63,790 nt of DNA, filler included, from Reclinomonas americana ATCC 50394 (GCA_048213135.1; 7 parts of 5 records of this genome joined end to end with filler, not necessarily neighbours in it), one strand, 5' to 3'; positions 39,301 through 52,377 are shown, numbered from the whole stretch's first letter. Numbers and translations: made by a program. The notes: generated from the letters alone by a model not told the origin.

Positions 39301-40957
39301 ACGGCAGAGGGTGGGGTGGAGACGACGTCGGTTGGAAGTCATGTGGGTGGTGGTTATGGTGGTGTGGCAGTGGATGCGAGGGAGATCATGCTGGAGAGTG
39401 TGACGGACGATGCTACGACGGAGGGGATTGGTGCGGATGGCGCCACCGATGTTGACGAGGACGACGAGCACAGCCAGCACGAGGTGGGAGCAGATGATGA
39501 CAACGAGGTGCGGTACCGACAGTATCATAGTGCGGTGCGGTGGTTTGAGGGACATCGGGAGGCGGTGAACGACTTGGGGTCGGACGAGTGTTCGGGATCT
39601 GAGTTTGAGATTGCGGCCGGTGCATCGTCGCGAGTGGTGTCTGATGCGTTCGCGCAAGCGGCTCAAGTGTGTGGACCGAGTGAGGAGGAGGTGGCGGCGG
39701 CGGTGAGAGAGAAAGAGAATGCGGCAGTTGTGCGGCGGCTGATGCGACATGCTGGGTGGTTCTTGGCTCGGCCTGTGGGCGAGCTGCCACGGGTGGTGAT
39801 TCAGTGCGAGGATGGGTGTGCGGATCCACCAGATGCGAACGAGCGGGAGGGACGAGATGTGCGACTGCAGACGACGCAAGTGAGTCGCGGGACGCAGTGT
39901 GCGGAGGTGAGTGAATGTGGGCGGTGGAGATGGTGGAAATTGATTCTGTTTTTTAAGTGAGGTGGAGGACTGATGATGTCGTCATCGTGGTGAAAGATTG
40001 TGCATGTGGAGACGTTGTGGCGACCAAAGGACGTGCGGGNNNNNNNNNNNNNNNNNNNNNNNNNNNNNNNNNNNNNNNNNNNNNNNNNNNNNNNNNNNNN
40101 NNNNNNNNNNNNNNNNNNNNNNNNNNNNNNNNNNNNNNNNNNNNNNNNNNNNNNNNNNNNNNNNNNNNNNNNNNNNNNNNNNNNNNNNNNNNNNNNNNNN
40201 NNNNNNNNNNNNNNNNNNNNNNNNNNNNNNNNNNNNNNNNNNNNNNNNNNNNNNNNNNNNNNNNNNNNNNNNNNNNNNNNNNNNNNNNNNNNNNNNNNNN
40301 NNNNNNNNNNNNNNNNNNNNNNNNNNNNNNNNNNNNNNNNNNNNNNNNNNNNNNNNNNNNNNNNNNNNNNNNNNNNNNNNNNNNNNNNNNNNNNNNNNNN
40401 NNNNNNNNNNNNNNNNNNNNNNNNNNNNNNNNNNNNNNNNNNNNNNNNNNNNNNNNNNNNNNNNNNNNNNNNNNNNNNNNNNNNNNNNNNNNNNNNNNNN
40501 NNNNNNNNNNNNNNNNNNNNNNNNNNNNNNNNNNNNNNNNNNNNNNNNNNNNNNNNNNNNNNNNNNNNNNNNNNNNNNNNNNNNNNNNNNNNNNNNNNNN
40601 NNNNNNNNNNNNNNNNNNNNNNNNNNNNNNNNNNNNNNNNNNNNNNNNNNNNNNNNNNNNNNNNNNNNNNNNNNNNNNNNNNNNNNNNNNNNNNNNNNNN
40701 NNNNNNNNNNNNNNNNNNNNNNNNNNNNNNNNNNNNNNNNNNNNNNNNNNNCGACGTCGTGCTGCGCGCAGAACAAATTCTTTATCGGTGCCTGCATCAG
40801 TGTGCTGTACGACGTGTTGATTGCACAGCCGTTGCTGCTGCTGGTGTTTGCGATAGACGGGAGCGTATTCGAGGGTCTGCTGGGTGGCATGTTCCTCGCC
40901 AATGATGTGGAGGAGGCGGCGGAACAGGGCGCCACCACGGGCGCCTCGCTGCGGTGA
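31694..40957 (+). CDS. Polycystin-1-like protein (REJ-like ectodomain, GPS, about 5 TM), 5'-partial, with gaps
   Basis: REJ-like beta segments ([28 protein letters not shown]), [19 protein letters not shown]...[18 protein letters not shown]...FIGNAVFF, and a last [11 protein letters not shown]. Ends GASLR*. Confidence 0.72.
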
Positions 40958-40970
40958 ACAAGGGCGGCAA

Positions 40971-41652
40971 TCACTCTGCCACTGCTGCCATCTCCACGTC
41001 CTCCTCTTCCACCACCACCTGCTGCTGCTGCTGCTGCTGCGGTGGCAGAGCGGCAGAGGTCTCCTGTTGCAGGGGATCACGTCGCCGTCGATCCAAGTCG
41101 CGGTGACATACCGCCAGCAGTTCGCGCATGCCCTCAATGCCGTGCTCTGCGCGTCGTCGTCGTCGTCGTTGTGCACTCAATAAAAAACCGTGCACTGAGA
41201 GGAGCAGAGGAGGGATGGAGAGCGACGACACGCACCCGCCACTTGCACACTGTGCACCAGCTGCTGCGTGGCCTCGGCCGATTGCTCCTGAAGCTGCTGA
41301 AACTCGCGTGCCATGGCCTCGGTGGAGCAGTCGACCTCGCGCAAGGCCTCCAGCAGTTCCTCCACGCGACCTGCAGAGCTTACCACACTGGTCGCCCACT
41401 CGCGGGCCTGAGAAGTGTGAGAGTGGGTGAGAGACAAGTGAGGGATGGAGGGAGAAGACGGGATGCGCGCGCGCACTGTTTGCTCCATCTCCGCGGTGCC
41501 CGAGGCTGCGAGCAAGGAGGGGGGAGAAGGGGGAAGGGAGAGGGGAAAAGGGGGAAGAGAGGGTGAGAGGGATGAAGGGAGGGAGGGAGGGAGGGAGTGA
41601 AGGAGGGGAGAGAGGGGGGAGTGAGTGAGTGAGTGAGTGAGTGAGTGGGTGA

Positions 41653-41713
<61 letters not shown>

Positions 41714-42305
41714 AGAGAGANNNNNNNNNNNNNNNNNNNNNNNNNNNNNNNNNNNNNNNNNNNNNNNNNNNNNNNNNNNNNNNNNNNNNNNNNNNNNNNN
41801 NNNNNNNNNNNNNNNNNNNNNNNNNNNNNNNNNNNNNNNNNNNNNNNNNNNNNNNNNNNNNNNNNNNNNNNNNNNNNNNNNNNNNNNNNNNNNNNNNNNN
41901 NNNNNNNNNNNNNNNNNNNNNNNNNNNNNNNNNNNNNNNNNNNNNNNNNNNNNNNNNNNNNNNNNNNNNNNNNNNNNNNNNNNNNNNNNNNNNNNNNNNN
42001 NNNNNNNNNNNNNNNNNNNNNNNNNNNNNNNNNNNNNNNNNNNNNNNNNNNNNNNNNNNNNNNNNNNNNNNNNNNNNNNNNNNNNNNNNNNNNNNNNNNN
42101 NNNNNNNNNNNNNNNNNNNNNNNNNNNNNNNNNNNNNNNNNNNNNNNNNNNNNNNNNNNNNNNNNNNNNNNNNNNNNNNNNNNNNNNNNNNNNNNNNNNN
42201 NNNNNNNNNNNNNNNNNNNNNNNNNNNNNNNNNNNNNNNNNNNNNNNNNNNNNNNNNNNNNNNNNNNNNNNNNNNNNNNNNNNNNNNNNNNNNNNNNNNN
42301 NNNNN

Positions 42306-42375
<70 letters not shown>

Positions 42376-44236
42376 TGCAGTGTGTGTGTGCGTGTGTGTG
42401 TGTGTGTGTGAGTGACAGTGAGTGACAGTGAGTGAGTGAGTGGGTGAGTGAGAGTGACAGTGAGTGAGTGAGTGATTGTGTGTGTGAGAGTGCAGTGAGA
42501 GAGTGAGTGATTGTGTGAGAGAGAGAAGGGAGTGTGTGTCACTCTCCTCACACACAGTGTGCAGGCAAGGCAACACAGTAAGAGTGAGAGTGCATCTCTC
42601 TCTCTTTGTTTGTGTGTTTCACCACTGACCACCCTGCTCGCTCAGACGCGGTGCTTGTCGTTGCACCAGGCCTGCACTGTTGTAGAGTGCCTGAGAGAGC
42701 TCACTCACAGCAAGTTGCACTTGCGACAAGCGATCCATTCTTTATCAATCTGTGAACGAGTTAACTGCATGACAAGAGGACCACACACATTGATTTCGTT
42801 CTTCGAGGACATGCAAGCGTTCTTTATAGTGAGCTGTACAGTGTGTTGCATGTGATAGAGAGAGGAAAACACAGTTAGAAAGCGAGAGAGAGAGAGAAAC
42901 AAGGGTGTCTACAACGGAAGGAGGAGCGATTGGCACCTCGTCGCCGGAACCCCACACCGCGGGTAAGGGGGGCGTGGTTTCGCGGCAAACCACGAGGGCG
43001 AGCGAAAGAACGAGTAAGAGAGAGAGAGAGACAACTAAACATAGCGGGGTGCGAGTCGACGATACCACGCAGCGATAACGATCCATGCTAATAAAAAAAT
43101 GAGTGCCAGCGAGACAACGCTGCTGGGCTCGCTTCCCTTATTACAGGGCCATATTCCGCATGGCGCCTGTCACCGAGGCAGAGGCCTTGGAGTCGCCGCC
43201 AGGCATCGCTAGCGATAGTCTCCACAGATCGCCCAGACTGACATTGTTGAAACCGGCGCCGCCGTGAATGTACGCCACCGACTCCTCCTCGATCCACACG
43301 AGGCCGAAGCCGAAGCGCGGAGGCGGATGTGGGCCGCTGTCTTGCGATGCCGACGAGTCGGGTACCAGGCATTCCCACGTCCGCGATGCTGAAAAACAAA
43401 AAAAGGCAAATGAGTACTTTTGTTTGTGTCTTTGTGTGTGGTTTTCTTCTCAAGAAAAGTGACGCACGCAGATGCAGGCGGTGCACGTCATTAAAGTATC
43501 GATCGTCGCCAATGGTGCAGCAGCCGCCGACCACAATCAGCGAATCGCCACTGCTGAATGCACGATGCCCGGAACGAGGTGCTGGTGCGTCCCCCGAGCA
43601 TTCGAGTGCCGTCCACGAGGCGGTTTCTGTGATGCAGTGAGTACAGAGAGGGAGACAACTGAATAGAGAGGGGGCGAGCAACTCACCAATGTCGTACACA
43701 TAGACATCGTTCAGTGCTGCCGAGGGGCCGACGCCACCGAATACCACAATGCTGTCGCCGAAGAGGGTGGCCGAATGTCCGCGTCGTGCGGAGGGCGAGT
43801 GGTCCGATGGATTAATGTGCCACCATTGGTTCTCCACTGTATGAGGCATGGGTGAGGAAGAGGGAGAGGGAGAGGAAGAGGAAGGAGGGGGAAGGAGGGG
43901 GAAAGAGGGGGAAAGAGGGGGAAAGAGGGAAAGAGGGAAAGAGGGAAAGAGGGAAAGAGGGAAAGAGGGAAAGAGGGAAAGAGGGAAAGAAGGAAAGAGT
44001 GGAAGAGGGAAAGGAAGAGAGGAGGGGAGAAGAGAGGAAGGAGAGGAGAGGAGAGGGGAAGAGGGAGAGAAGGGAAGAGGGAAGGGGGAGAGGGAGAAGG
44101 AGAGAGCAAAAGAGAAAGAGTGGGAAAGCCAGAGACACGGACAGAGCAAGATCGACAGCCAGCGAGCGAGTGAGCGAGAGAGAGGGCGGGAGAGGGCGGG
44201 CGAGAGAGACACACCCAGACACACAGACAGACAGAC

Positions 44237-44273
<37 letters not shown>

Positions 44274-47200
44274 AAGAAAGACACATCCAAGACAGACCCA
44301 CAGACCGCCAGACAGACNNNNNNNNNNNNNNNNNNNNNNNNNNNNNNNNNNNNNNNNNNNNTTAATTAATTAANNNNNNNNNNNNNNNNNNNNNNNNNNN
44401 NNNNNNNNNNNNNNNNNAAAACCAAGAAATTCGTGACAAAGTTCGATTCAGAAAGCATCCAGCGAGAGACAAGACGCACACGCTCTGTCTATCCAACTGC
44501 GCTTGTCTCTCTGTACCAGGCGCCAAGGGAGATTTCTCTTCGTGTGCAAGTGTTTCGCGACAATGGTGCGTCTCGTAGTGCACGAAGACGACAGAGAAGC
44601 GACACCGAGTGCTCGATAATGCTCGCTGCGCGTGTGTACTGTTAGCTGCTGTCAGCTCGTCGTAGGCCTCTCCCTCTTGTGTATCTGTCGATCTAAGTGT
44701 GAAATCCATGAAACGCGTGTGCGAGAGTGAAAAAGAGAGAGGGAGTGAGAGGGAGAAAGAGAACGCGATAACACCCAGCCCGTCTTGTGCGTGTATGTAT
44801 GCGTGTATGCAAGTGCATGAGACAACACCCAGTCATCCTGATCGATGAGGCGCTTCGTCACCTCTTCACTCTCGTACACACACAAACACCTCTCTCTTAT
44901 CTCGCACTCTGAATGCGCGTACGAGCGTCAACCTCTCTCTCTCCCTCTCTCTCTGTGCGTATGTGAATGAGACAACACGAAGCTCATCCCGTGACAGACG
45001 AGTCAAGTCTTCTTTCTCTGTGTGAACGTGTGTGTGCATGAGACACCTACAAAGCTCATCCCATGGTCGCTTTGGCGCGTCGTCTCTCTCACTTTGCTCT
45101 CTATCTCACACTCTGCGTGTGAGTACGAGCGTCAATCNNNNNNNNNNNNNNNNNNNNNNNNNNNNNNNNNNNNNNNNNNNNNNNNNNNNNNNNNNNNNNN
45201 NNNNNNNNNNNNNNNNNNNNNNNNNNNNNNNNNNNNNNNNNNNNNNNNNNNNNNNNNNNNNNNNNNNNNNNNNNNNNNNNNNNNNNNNNNNNNNNNNNNN
45301 NNNNNNNNNNNNNNNNNNNNNNNNNNNNNNNNNNNNNNNNNNNNNNNNNNNNNNNNNNNNNNNNNNNNNNNNNNNNNNNNNNNNNNNNNNNNNNNNNNNN
45401 NNNNNNNNNNNNNNNNNNNNNNNNNNNNNNNNNNNNNNNNNNNNNNNNNNNNNNNNNNNNNNNNNNNNNNNNNNNNNNNNNNNNNNNNNNNNNNNNNNNN
45501 NNNNNNNNNNNNNNNNNNNNNNNNNNNNNNNNNNNNNNNNNNNNNNNNNNNNNNNNNNNNNNNNNNNNNNNNNNNNNNNNNNNNNNNNNNNNNNNNNNNN
45601 NNNNNNNNNNNNNNNNNNNNNNNNNNNNNNNNNNNNNNNNNNNNNNNNNNNNNNNNNNNNNNNNNNNNNNNNNNNNNNNNNNNNNNNNNNNNNNNNNNNN
45701 NNNNNNNNNNNNNNNNNNNNNNNNNNNNNNNNNNNNNNNNNNNNNNNNNNNNNNNNNNNNNNNNNNNNNNNNNNNNNNNNNNNNNNNNNNNNNNNNNNNN
45801 NNNNNNNNNNNNNNNNNNNNNNNNNNNNNNNNNNNNNNNNNNNNNNNNNNNNNNNNNNNNNNNNNNNNNNNNNNNNNNNNNNNNNNNNNNNNNNNNNNNN
45901 NNNNNNNNNNNNNNNNNCGGGATGAGCTTGTAGGTGTCTCACACACACACACGCACAGAGAGAGAGAGAGAGGGAGGAAGGAGGAGGAGAAGCGTCTTGT
46001 CTGTCACGGGATGAGCTTCGTGTTGTCTCATTCGCATACGCACAGAGAGAGAGAGGGAAACGAGAGAGAGAGAGACGACGACGCGCCTCAGCCACATGAA
46101 AGGAGCTTGTAGGTGTCTCATACACACACATGTTCATAGAGAGAGCGAGAGAGAGAAGACTTGACTCGTCAGTCACTGGATGAGCTTCGTGTTGTCTCAT
46201 TCACATACGCGCACAGAGAGGGGAGAGAGANNNNNNNNNNNNNNNNNNNNNNNNNNNNNNNNNNNNNNNNNNNNNNNNNNNNNNNNNNNNNNNNNNNNNN
46301 NNNNNNNNNNNNNNNNNNNNNNNNNNNNNNNNNNNNNNNNNNNNNNNNNNNNNNNNNNNNNNNNNNNNNNNNNNNNNNNNNNNNNNNNNNNNNNNNNNNN
46401 NNNNNNNNNNNNNNNNNNNNNNNNNNNNNNNNNNNNNNNNNNNNNNNNNNNNNNNNNNNNNNNNNNNNNNNNNNNNNNNNNNNNNNNNNNNNNNNNNNNN
46501 NNNNNNNNNNNNNNNNNNNNNNNNNNNNNNNNNNNNNNNNNNNNNNNNNNNNNNNNNNNNNNNNNNNNNNNNNNNNNNNNNNNNNNNNNNNNNNNNNNNN
46601 NNNNNNNNNNNNNNNNNNNNNNNNNNNNNNNNNNNNNNNNNNNNNNNNNNNNNNNNNNNNNNNNNNNNNNNNNNNNNNNNNNNNNNNNNNNNNNNNNNNN
46701 NNNNNNNNNNNNNNNNNNNNNNNNNNNNNNNNNNNNNNNNNNNNNNNNNNNNNNNNNNNNNNNNNNNNNNNNNNNNNNNNNNNNNNNNNNNNNNNNNNNN
46801 NNNNNNNNNNNNNNNNNNNNNNNNNNNNNNNNNAGTAAGCCGAGGCACGCCGTCTCTCTCTCTCTCTCTCTCCCCGCCCTCTCTCTCTCTCGCTTCCCTC
46901 TCTCAATCTCGCTCTCACTGTGTCTATCTCTCTCCTTCTCTCCCCTCTGGCCGTGTGTGTGAAAGATACTACGCTTATCCCGTGACAGACAAGACGCTTC
47001 TCCTCCTCCTTCTTCCTCTCTCGCTCTCTCTCCCCTCTCTCCTCTGGCCACTTGTGTGAAAGGCATTCATCCCGTGACAGACAAGACGCTTCTTCTTCCC
47101 CTCCCCTCCCTCCCCTCCCTCCCCCCCCCCCCCTCCCCTCTCCCCTCCCAGCACGCCCACTCAACTCTCCCTCCTGCGGGCCTCGGCCTCTGCCGCCTCC

Positions 47201-47695
47201 ACTGCCTCCTCCTCCGCACTCGCATCGCCCGGCGCCAACACCCGCGCAATCGCCGACACAGACACCACACGCGCCATGGACGGCAGCGGCGGCGGCGGGA
47301 CACGTCCCCCAGACGCCGACGCTCCTGCTGCCGACGCTGCCGCTGCCGAAGTGCGATGTGGACTTCGACTTCCGGCAGATGGCGGTCGATGTTGTTGATG
47401 ATGTGAGTGATGCGAGTGATGATGATGATGACTGCGATGATGGTGACTGTGGTCGGTGTCGCTGGTCGCTGTGGAGGCGGCTGCCGCGGCCGCACTGGCA
47501 CTGGAGGCTGTGTGTGTTTGAGGAGAGAGTGGAAATAGAATGTGTGTGTGTGTGAGATGCTCATCGGCAATGGCGCGCACATATATGGAACGGCGAGCGC
47601 GTGCGTTTGTGTGTGTTTGGTGTGTGCGAGGACGAGAGAGAGAGACAAAGGATGACAACGAGAAGCGTGGCTGTCTCCGCGCACGAACCTGCCAT
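40971..47695 (-). CDS. Kelch-repeat protein with His/Ala-rich N-terminus and probable C-terminal coiled coil
   Basis: Kelch repeats PSARRGHSAT..VVFGG..LNDVYVYD, PAPRSGH..VVGG..YFNDVHRL and PPPRFGF..YIHGG. The exon ending at 47166 joins in phase (A|TG) to the kelch exon near 43836. Linkage of the 3' exons (40971-42845) across gaps is inferred. Confidence 0.65.
44800..47100. repeat. Complex repeat family in both orientations, interleaved with microsatellites
   Basis: Core (C/T)ATCCCGTGACAGAC at about 44985 (+), 46000 (-), 46975 (+) and 47068 (+), with a variant at about 46170 (-). Flanks GAGACAACACGAAGCT and GAGACACCTACAAG recur. Confidence 0.75.
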
Positions 47696-48198
47696 TGTGT
47701 TGAGTGGTGATCAGTGGTGAGTGAAATTTCCACGTTCGATATCGGCAACTCGATTTGCGTGAGGTGTTTGTATTGTCGCGTCCGTGTGGGTTGTGCGTGT
47801 GTGTGTGGTAGGGTGCGGTGGAATGCAGCTGCGGGTTTTGCAACTGCAAAGTACATTGAATTTGTTAACGTTGTTCGAATTCGCGATCGCGATCGGCATG
47901 CACAGCGCTGAGCGCACGCTGGCTTGCTTTGCGCTTGCTTGCAATTGTGCGACGAATGGCCAATGCTGCTGTCTGGTGGCGCCGAGAGTCCTGGTCGGGC
48001 CTGCTGTATCGACGTCGACGTCGACGTCGTCAGCGCTTGAAGCTCATGCAACGCGCTGCTACCTGTGCTTTCCATACATGCAGACACGGACGAGTGTGCA
48101 CAGGTACGAGGAAGAAGCAAGCTGCAGTCACGACAGTTGACTGACGACTGACGGGATCCCGGGACACAAACAGTTGATCACGTACACTGTACGTGAAA

Positions 48199-49538
48199 AT
48201 GGATTTCGAGAACGCCCAAGTTGGAGGCAGTGGATCAGCTCCTCCTCTTCCTCCTCCTCCTGCTCCAGAGGATGACCGTCAGATTGCTCTCGAGCAAACA
48301 GCGTGTCGTGGTGGTGAACTGGGGTGTGCATGGCGTGGTATTGGTGGCGAGAGGGAGGAGCATGAGCGAGTGTGTGATGTGTTGCGAGTGGAGCGACCAT
48401 TGCGAGAGGTGAGTTGCGAATGATGGATGTTTGCTGGTCAATTCATGCAGCTGATATGAGCACAGCTGCATGATCGGGTGCGGGAGCTGTCGCAGATGGT
48501 GACACATGAACGAGAGGCGCGACAAGCTGTTGAAGAGCGTCTGACTCGCGAGCAGCAAGCCGCGAATGAGCGGTTTGCCATGGAACAACAAGCAAGGCAA
48601 GGTGTTGAGGAGCGACTTGCCTTGTGCGCTGAGCAACTTGGATCCGAGCGGCGCATGCGTGAAGCTCTCGAGAGAGGTGTTGCTGAGGTCTGTTGTTTGA
48701 ATGTCGGTGGATATCGATTCATCACTCCTCCTCATTCTCATCTGCAGCTGCTCGCCCGTCTCGAGCCGCTGGAGATACGTGAACGGGAGATCCAGGAACG
48801 AGAGGCAGCTGAGCGGGAGCGTCAAGCCAGAGAACAGGAGGAGCGTGAGCGGGTGGCGAGGGAGCAGGAGGAGCGAGAGCGGCTGGTCAGGGAACGAGAG
48901 GAGCGTGAGCGAACGCAGATACGGAAGAGCGATCTGCTGAGTGCGGCAGATGCGCGAGTGGTGTTGCAGTGGGTGCAGCAGGCACGAGGTGGCGGTGGGA
49001 GTGTGCCCAAGTTGACGTTGCTGTTTAAGGGCAGTCGAGATGGGTTTGCTGTAGCCACATTCCATCAGCAATGTGACAACCGTGGGTGAGTGATTGTGGA
49101 GAGGAGAGTCGCCTTGCTGAGCACGTTGACTGATGGGTGACTGCGCGCAGACCGACGCTGACGGTGATCAAGTCGTCGACGGGAAGAGTGTGTGGCGGAT
49201 ACACGCCTGTCTCGTGGCTGTCTGCGGGAAGCATTTGGGCCGCCGACCCATCCGGTACCAGCTTCTTGTTCTCGGCGTCGCGGACTGGTGCAAGTACGCG
49301 GCGCTTTGCGCTGAAGACCGAGTCGAAACATCAGGCCGTTTGCTACAACATTGAATATGGACCTTTCTTCGGCGGTTCCGATATCGCCTTGGTTGACAAT
49401 TGCAACAGCAACAGCAGCAGCAGCAGTTACTTTCCTGCCCACTATCAGAGCACCGATGGTGGAGCATGTGACAGAACGACGTTGATGGGATCGCAGTTCT
49501 TCCAAGTGGCAGACTACGAAGTTTTCCTCGTTGAGTGA
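48199..49538 (+). CDS. Zinc finger - coiled coil - TLDc protein, copy 1 (short form)
   Basis: CRGGELGCAWRG...EHERVC, an E/R-rich coil, and TLDc LLFKGSRDGF...FHQQCDNRGPTLTVIKS..GGYT..SFLFS..GPFFGGSD..YEVF. Confidence 0.88.
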
Positions 49539-49648
49539 AACACCATGTTGCCTCAAACAGTCAAAGTTGTCGTTTCGAAGAAGGCTGCTACGTACGTCGT
49601 AAAGGCAAATGACTGATGACGGGACATCATGACAGCCATTGTGAAGTC

Positions 49649-52147
49649 ATGGGGTTCGAAGACGCGCACGTGGGAGGCAGTGGAGGTGGAGGTGGAGAAG
49701 GCAGTGGATCTGCTCCTCCTCCTCCTCCTCCTCCTCCTGCTGCAGAGGATGACAGTCAGGTTGTTCTCGAGCAGCAAGTGATGCGACTCACTGGTGACAG
49801 TGAGGAACAATACGTGTTTTGTGTGGTGCGCGCTGTGCATCGTCGCCGTCCTTCAGAAGTGGGAGAGAAGGATGCACAGCCACCGCGTTTGTGGATGGNN
49901 NNNNNNNNNNNNNNNNNNNNNNNNNNNNNNNNNNNNNNNNNNTTAATTAATTAANNNNNNNNNNNNNNNNNNNNNNNNNNNNNNNNNNNNNNNNNNNNAG
50001 AGAGAGAGAACACTGCTGATACTCTCTTCTCTTCTCGTTGCAGGATCTGTGTGCTCCGGATTTCGTGCTGTGTGCTAGCGGGCTGCATTATGTCTGTCGG
50101 TGAGTGAGCGAGTGAGTGAGAGAGAGAGAGAGAGAGAGAGAGCTGCACGCTAACTTTCTCTCTCTCTCTCTCTTTGTTGATTGCATGCGACAGTGAGCAT
50201 GTGACGGAGGCTGGAGCGGATCTGTGTGGTGATGGAGTCACATCGCTTGCCACTCTGCGTGAACTTCCTCCGCGTATCCTGCTGACATACCGCAACGTAA
50301 AGGTTGGGTGTGCTTGTTGTTGTTTGTGTACGCAAGTTTCCAGTGATGTTGACATGAGGGAGCACCACAGATCACATGCCCGCTGTGCCGCGCACCCATG
50401 GTTTGTGTTGTTCATGGACAGTTGTTTGTCTTGGCTTTTCTCTCCTTACTGGTGGATGAACAGACGGTGGGCGACTATTACCGCACACATGGCCTCACGC
50501 AGTGCCCGTATGCATGCGAGCGGTGTGGACAACAAATGACACTGGATCGCACGGCGGAGCATGAGTGGAGTGGATGCTTGCGGGAGTGTCCGCTCGGATG
50601 TGGAGCGAGGCTGGCGCTGAGTGAGATGGTGGAGCACAGCTGGAGTGGTTGCATGCGAGTGTGTCCGCGTGGATGTCAGCAGCTGTGTTCACTGGCGGAG
50701 ATGCAGCGGCATCTTGGTGAGCGTGCTTGGAAGGAGAGAAGTGTGTATCATTACACTTATGTTTTGTCTCTCGTGGCAGAAACGGAATGCCGACTGCAGC
50801 AAACAGTGTGCCGCGGTGGTGAACTGGGGTGTGCATGGCGTGGAATCGTTGGTGAACGAGAGGAGCACGAGCGAGTGTGTGATGTGTTGCGAGTGGGGCG
50901 ACCGCTGCGAGAGGTGATGTTGAAGGATAAGCTGTAGATTTTGCTGGTCATCCACGCAGCTGATGTGGCTCGTGTTTTGTATGCATAGCTGCATGGCCGA
51001 GTGCGTGAGCTGTCGCAGTTGGTGGCTCAGGAGAGAGAGGCAAGACAGGCTGTCGAGGGACGACTACAGGAAACAGATGAGCGTTTGGCCGCTGAGCAAC
51101 GGGCGAGGCAAGTTGATCGTGAGCAGCTTGCCGATTGTGTGGGGATGCTTGTCGAGTGCCGGCAGCAACTGGCTACTGAACGAGAAGAGAGACGTGCTGC
51201 CGAACAGACCGAGCAGCGTATGCGTGAAACTCTCGAGAGAGGTGTTGCTGAGGTTTGTTTGTGAATGCCTGCGTATTTGAGTGCGTCGTCCCTCTCCTTA
51301 TCTTGTCTGTTGTTGATCTGGAGCTGCTCGCCCGTCTCGAGCCACTGGAGATGCGTGAACGGGCGATTCAGGAACGAGAGGCGGCCGAACGCGAGAGGCT
51401 GGCCAGGGAGCAGGAGGAGCGAGAGCGTCAGGCCGCAGAGCACCAGGAGCGAGAGCGGTTGGCGAGGGAGCGAGAAGAACGAGAGCGCGAGGCCAGAGAA
51501 CTAGAGGAGCGCGAGCGCCTTGCATGGAAGATTGACAGCGATCTGCTCAGTCCGGCGGATGGACGAGTGGTGCTACAATGGGTGCAGCAAGCGCGAGGAG
51601 GTAGGAGTGTGCCCAAGCTGACGTTGCTGTTCAAGGGCAGTCGAGATGGGTTTGACGCAGCCACATTCCATCAGCGGTGTGACAATCGTGGGTGAGTGAT
51701 TGAAGGCGAGATAGCTTGCTGTTCTCGGTGACTGATGCATGAGTGACTGTGTGCAGAGCGACGCTGGTCGTGGCCAAGTCATCGACGGGACGAGTGTGCG
51801 GTGGATACACTCCTTTCTCGTGGACGTCTCCTGCGTCGGGAGCGTGGGTCGCCGATCCATCCGGTAGCAGCTTCTTGTTCTCGGCGTCGTGGAGTGGTGC
51901 AAGTGTGCGACGCTTTGCACTGAAGAGCGATAAGAAACAGCAGGCCCTATTTCACCACTCTTTTTTTGGACCATACTTCGGCAACAGCGATATTTACTTG
52001 TTTGACAACTGCAACAGCAACAGCAGTAGCTACAGCAACCTTCCGCAGTACTATCACAGCACTGACGGTGGAGCATGTGACAAGACGACACTTATGGGAA
52101 CGCAGCTCTTCCGAGTGGCAGACTACGAAGTCTTCCTCGTTGAGTAA
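49649..52147 (+). CDS. TRAF-type zinc fingers - coiled coil - TLDc protein, copy 2 (gap inside)
   Basis: Paralog of copy 1 with extra CPLC and CP.GC...EH...C repeats. Same intron positions in the shared region. Confidence 0.85.
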
Positions 52148-52377
52148 AACGCCATCTTGCCGAGTGCGAGGCATGCAGTGCATGAACAGCCAGAATCAGT
52201 GCGACGTAGAACGCAGGTTGCCGTGTGCTTCAGAAGTCTGTGTTCAGGTGGTTGTCGTCTTCAGATACATCTTGCCAGTAACGACTCTCTCTCCAACTGT
52301 GTCACTGCTGCAGCTGACACCTGCAGAGTGCGTCCCAGTCAGTGTTCTCCAGTGGGACCTCGTAGTTATCGGAAGAA

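Noticed and set aside
4533..52147. Functional clustering of V-ATPase G, TLDc proteins, VPS10 and AOAH as a lysosomal cluster
   Set aside because: The genes are separated by many unrelated genes and gaps, so there is no evidence beyond coincidence.
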